A stretch of 64,000 nt of DNA, taken from an uncultured Candidatus Rokubacteria bacterium. Lineage in GTDB: Bacteria > Methylomirabilota > Methylomirabilia > Rokubacteriales > CSP1-6. Made by a program: the position numbers and the translations under genes. The notes beneath the pieces were generated by a model. That model was not told where the DNA came from, ran no database searches, and worked only from the letters and a program-made list of their open reading frames with translations. Below are positions 62,787 to 64,000 of this stretch, piece after piece (position 1 is the first letter of the stretch; each line of letters begins with the position of its first letter). Location of the stretch: assembly GCA_963754315.1 (NCBI GenBank), contig CAVWFS010000019.1, positions 608,001-672,000 of the forward strand, written 5' to 3'.

Positions 62787-63197
62787 ATGCGCTACCGACG
62801 GCTGAGTTACCGTTACGCGATGGTGGTGCGCAGCGACCACCCGTGGCCGTTCGGCGACATGTGGCAGAGCGATCGTCTGCGTCTGGTCGTTCATGCTCGC
62901 TGGCGACCCGATGCCGACACCTACGAGACGGCGGGCACGGTCGAGATCGCGGTCGATCTGGCCGGAGTCGACGAAGACGACATCGAGATGCAGCTGTTCG
63001 AGGACGCCCTGATCATCGAGGGCCGCCGTCAGCTCCCCTCCGGTGAGGAGGGCGCCGTGTATCACGAGGCCGGCATCCGTCAAGGTCCGTTCCGGGTGGA
63101 GCTATCGTTGCCGGCCGCCGTCGATCCTGAGCGCGTCTCGACGCGTTACGAGCGCGGCCTTCTCCGCATCTCGTTGCAGAAACAGGTGACCCGCTGA
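62787..63197 (+). CDS. Hsp20/alpha-crystallin family protein
   Basis: VDLAGVDEDDI, GPFRVELSLP, YERGLLRISL. Confidence 0.85.
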   Translation: MRYRRLSYRYAMVVRSDHPWPFGDMWQSDRLRLVVHARWRPDADTYETAGTVEIAVDLAGVDEDDIEMQLFEDALIIEGRRQLPSGEEGAVYHEAGIRQGPFRVELSLPAAVDPERVSTRYERGLLRISLQKQVTR

Positions 63198-64000
63198 TGG
63201 CCACTGCACCTGCCGACGCCGGCGAGTTCGTCATTCCCGATGCCCTCCCCGTCTTGCCTCTCCGCGAGGTGGTGATCTTCCCGGTGACGGCGGTTCCCCT
63301 GGCCGTCGCCCAGCCACGGTCGCTGCGCCTCGTGGACGACGTGATGCGCGGCAATCGTCTCTTGGCGCTGGTGGCCCAGCGCGATGCCAAGACAGAGCCG
63401 GGAGCGCCGGAGGATCTTCATCGCATTGGCACGGTGGGAATGATTCATCAGCTCGTGCGCGTCCCCGACGGCGGCGTGCGCTTGATGATCCAGGGCATCG
63501 AGCGCATCCGCCTGCTGGACTGGGTCAGTACCGAGCCATACGTCGTCGCGCGGATCGAAGGGGCCCCGGAGCAGATGGTGCAGGCGCCGGAGGTCGACGC
63601 GTTGCGCCGGGCCGTGCTGGACATCTTCCGCCGGCTGGTGGCCGCCTCCTCGGAGTTGCCCGATGAGCTCGCGGCCGCCGCCGAGAGCTTCACCGATCCC
63701 CGTCACATCGTTTATTTCGTCGCGTCGATCACGGTGACCGACCTGGCCACGCGGCAGGAGATCTTGGAAGCGGACCCCGTTACGGCCAAGCTGCGCCGAC
63801 TCGTGGACGTCTTGCAGCGCGAGCTGGCCGTACGGGAGCTGGGTCGGAAGATCACCACCGACACCGAGGAGCGACTCTCCAAGAAGCAGCGAGAATTTTA
63901 CCTGCGCGAGCAGCTTCGGTCCATTCAGCGGGAGCTCGGCGAGGACGAGGGCGGCGACAGCCAGGTCGCCGAGCTGCGGCGCAAGATCGAAGAAGCCGGC
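63197..64000 (+). CDS. lon: ATP-dependent Lon protease, 5' part (runs off the window)
   Basis: LPVLPLREVVIFP, QREFYLREQLRSIQRELGE; TGATG coupling to hsp20. Confidence 0.9.
   Translation, partial: MATAPADAGEFVIPDALPVLPLREVVIFPVTAVPLAVAQPRSLRLVDDVMRGNRLLALVAQRDAKTEPGAPEDLHRIGTVGMIHQLVRVPDGGVRLMIQGIERIRLLDWVSTEPYVVARIEGAPEQMVQAPEVDALRRAVLDIFRRLVAASSELPDELAAAAESFTDPRHIVYFVASITVTDLATRQEILEADPVTAKLRRLVDVLQRELAVRELGRKITTDTEERLSKKQREFYLREQLRSIQRELGEDEGGDSQVAELRRKIEEAG

Overview
This is a high-GC bacterial chromosomal window. The gene style (many LIV, peptide and TRAP transporters, CoA-dependent catabolism, LLM oxidoreductases, amidases) resembles Candidatus Rokubacteria/Methylomirabilota; that assignment is inference only. 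The strongest signal is at 9747-10831: two translationally coupled, signal-peptide-bearing thioredoxin-fold genes that the ORF track splits in two. Each has an in-frame TGA exactly at the catalytic Cys position (TxxU peroxiredoxin with no Cys; WUPDC TlpA-like protein). Each TGA is followed by a SECIS-like hairpin whose loop begins AGU, so this is probably an exported Sec-peroxiredoxin/Sec-thioredoxin pair. Two accessory patches (about 10.85-20.4 kb and 23.3-26.4 kb) hold a GH5 endoglucanase with two CBM2 modules, an M23/LAS-like peptidase candidate, an MNT-HEPN toxin-antitoxin pair, a duplicated secreted repeat protein and several gene remnants. Also seen: a REP-like palindromic element in two copies, an unannotated 44-aa membrane ORF with its own sigma70-type promoter, and several apparently leaderless genes. 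Scattered single-base frameshifts in otherwise intact genes are likely assembly errors. No rRNA, tRNA, CRISPR array or transposase was recognised.
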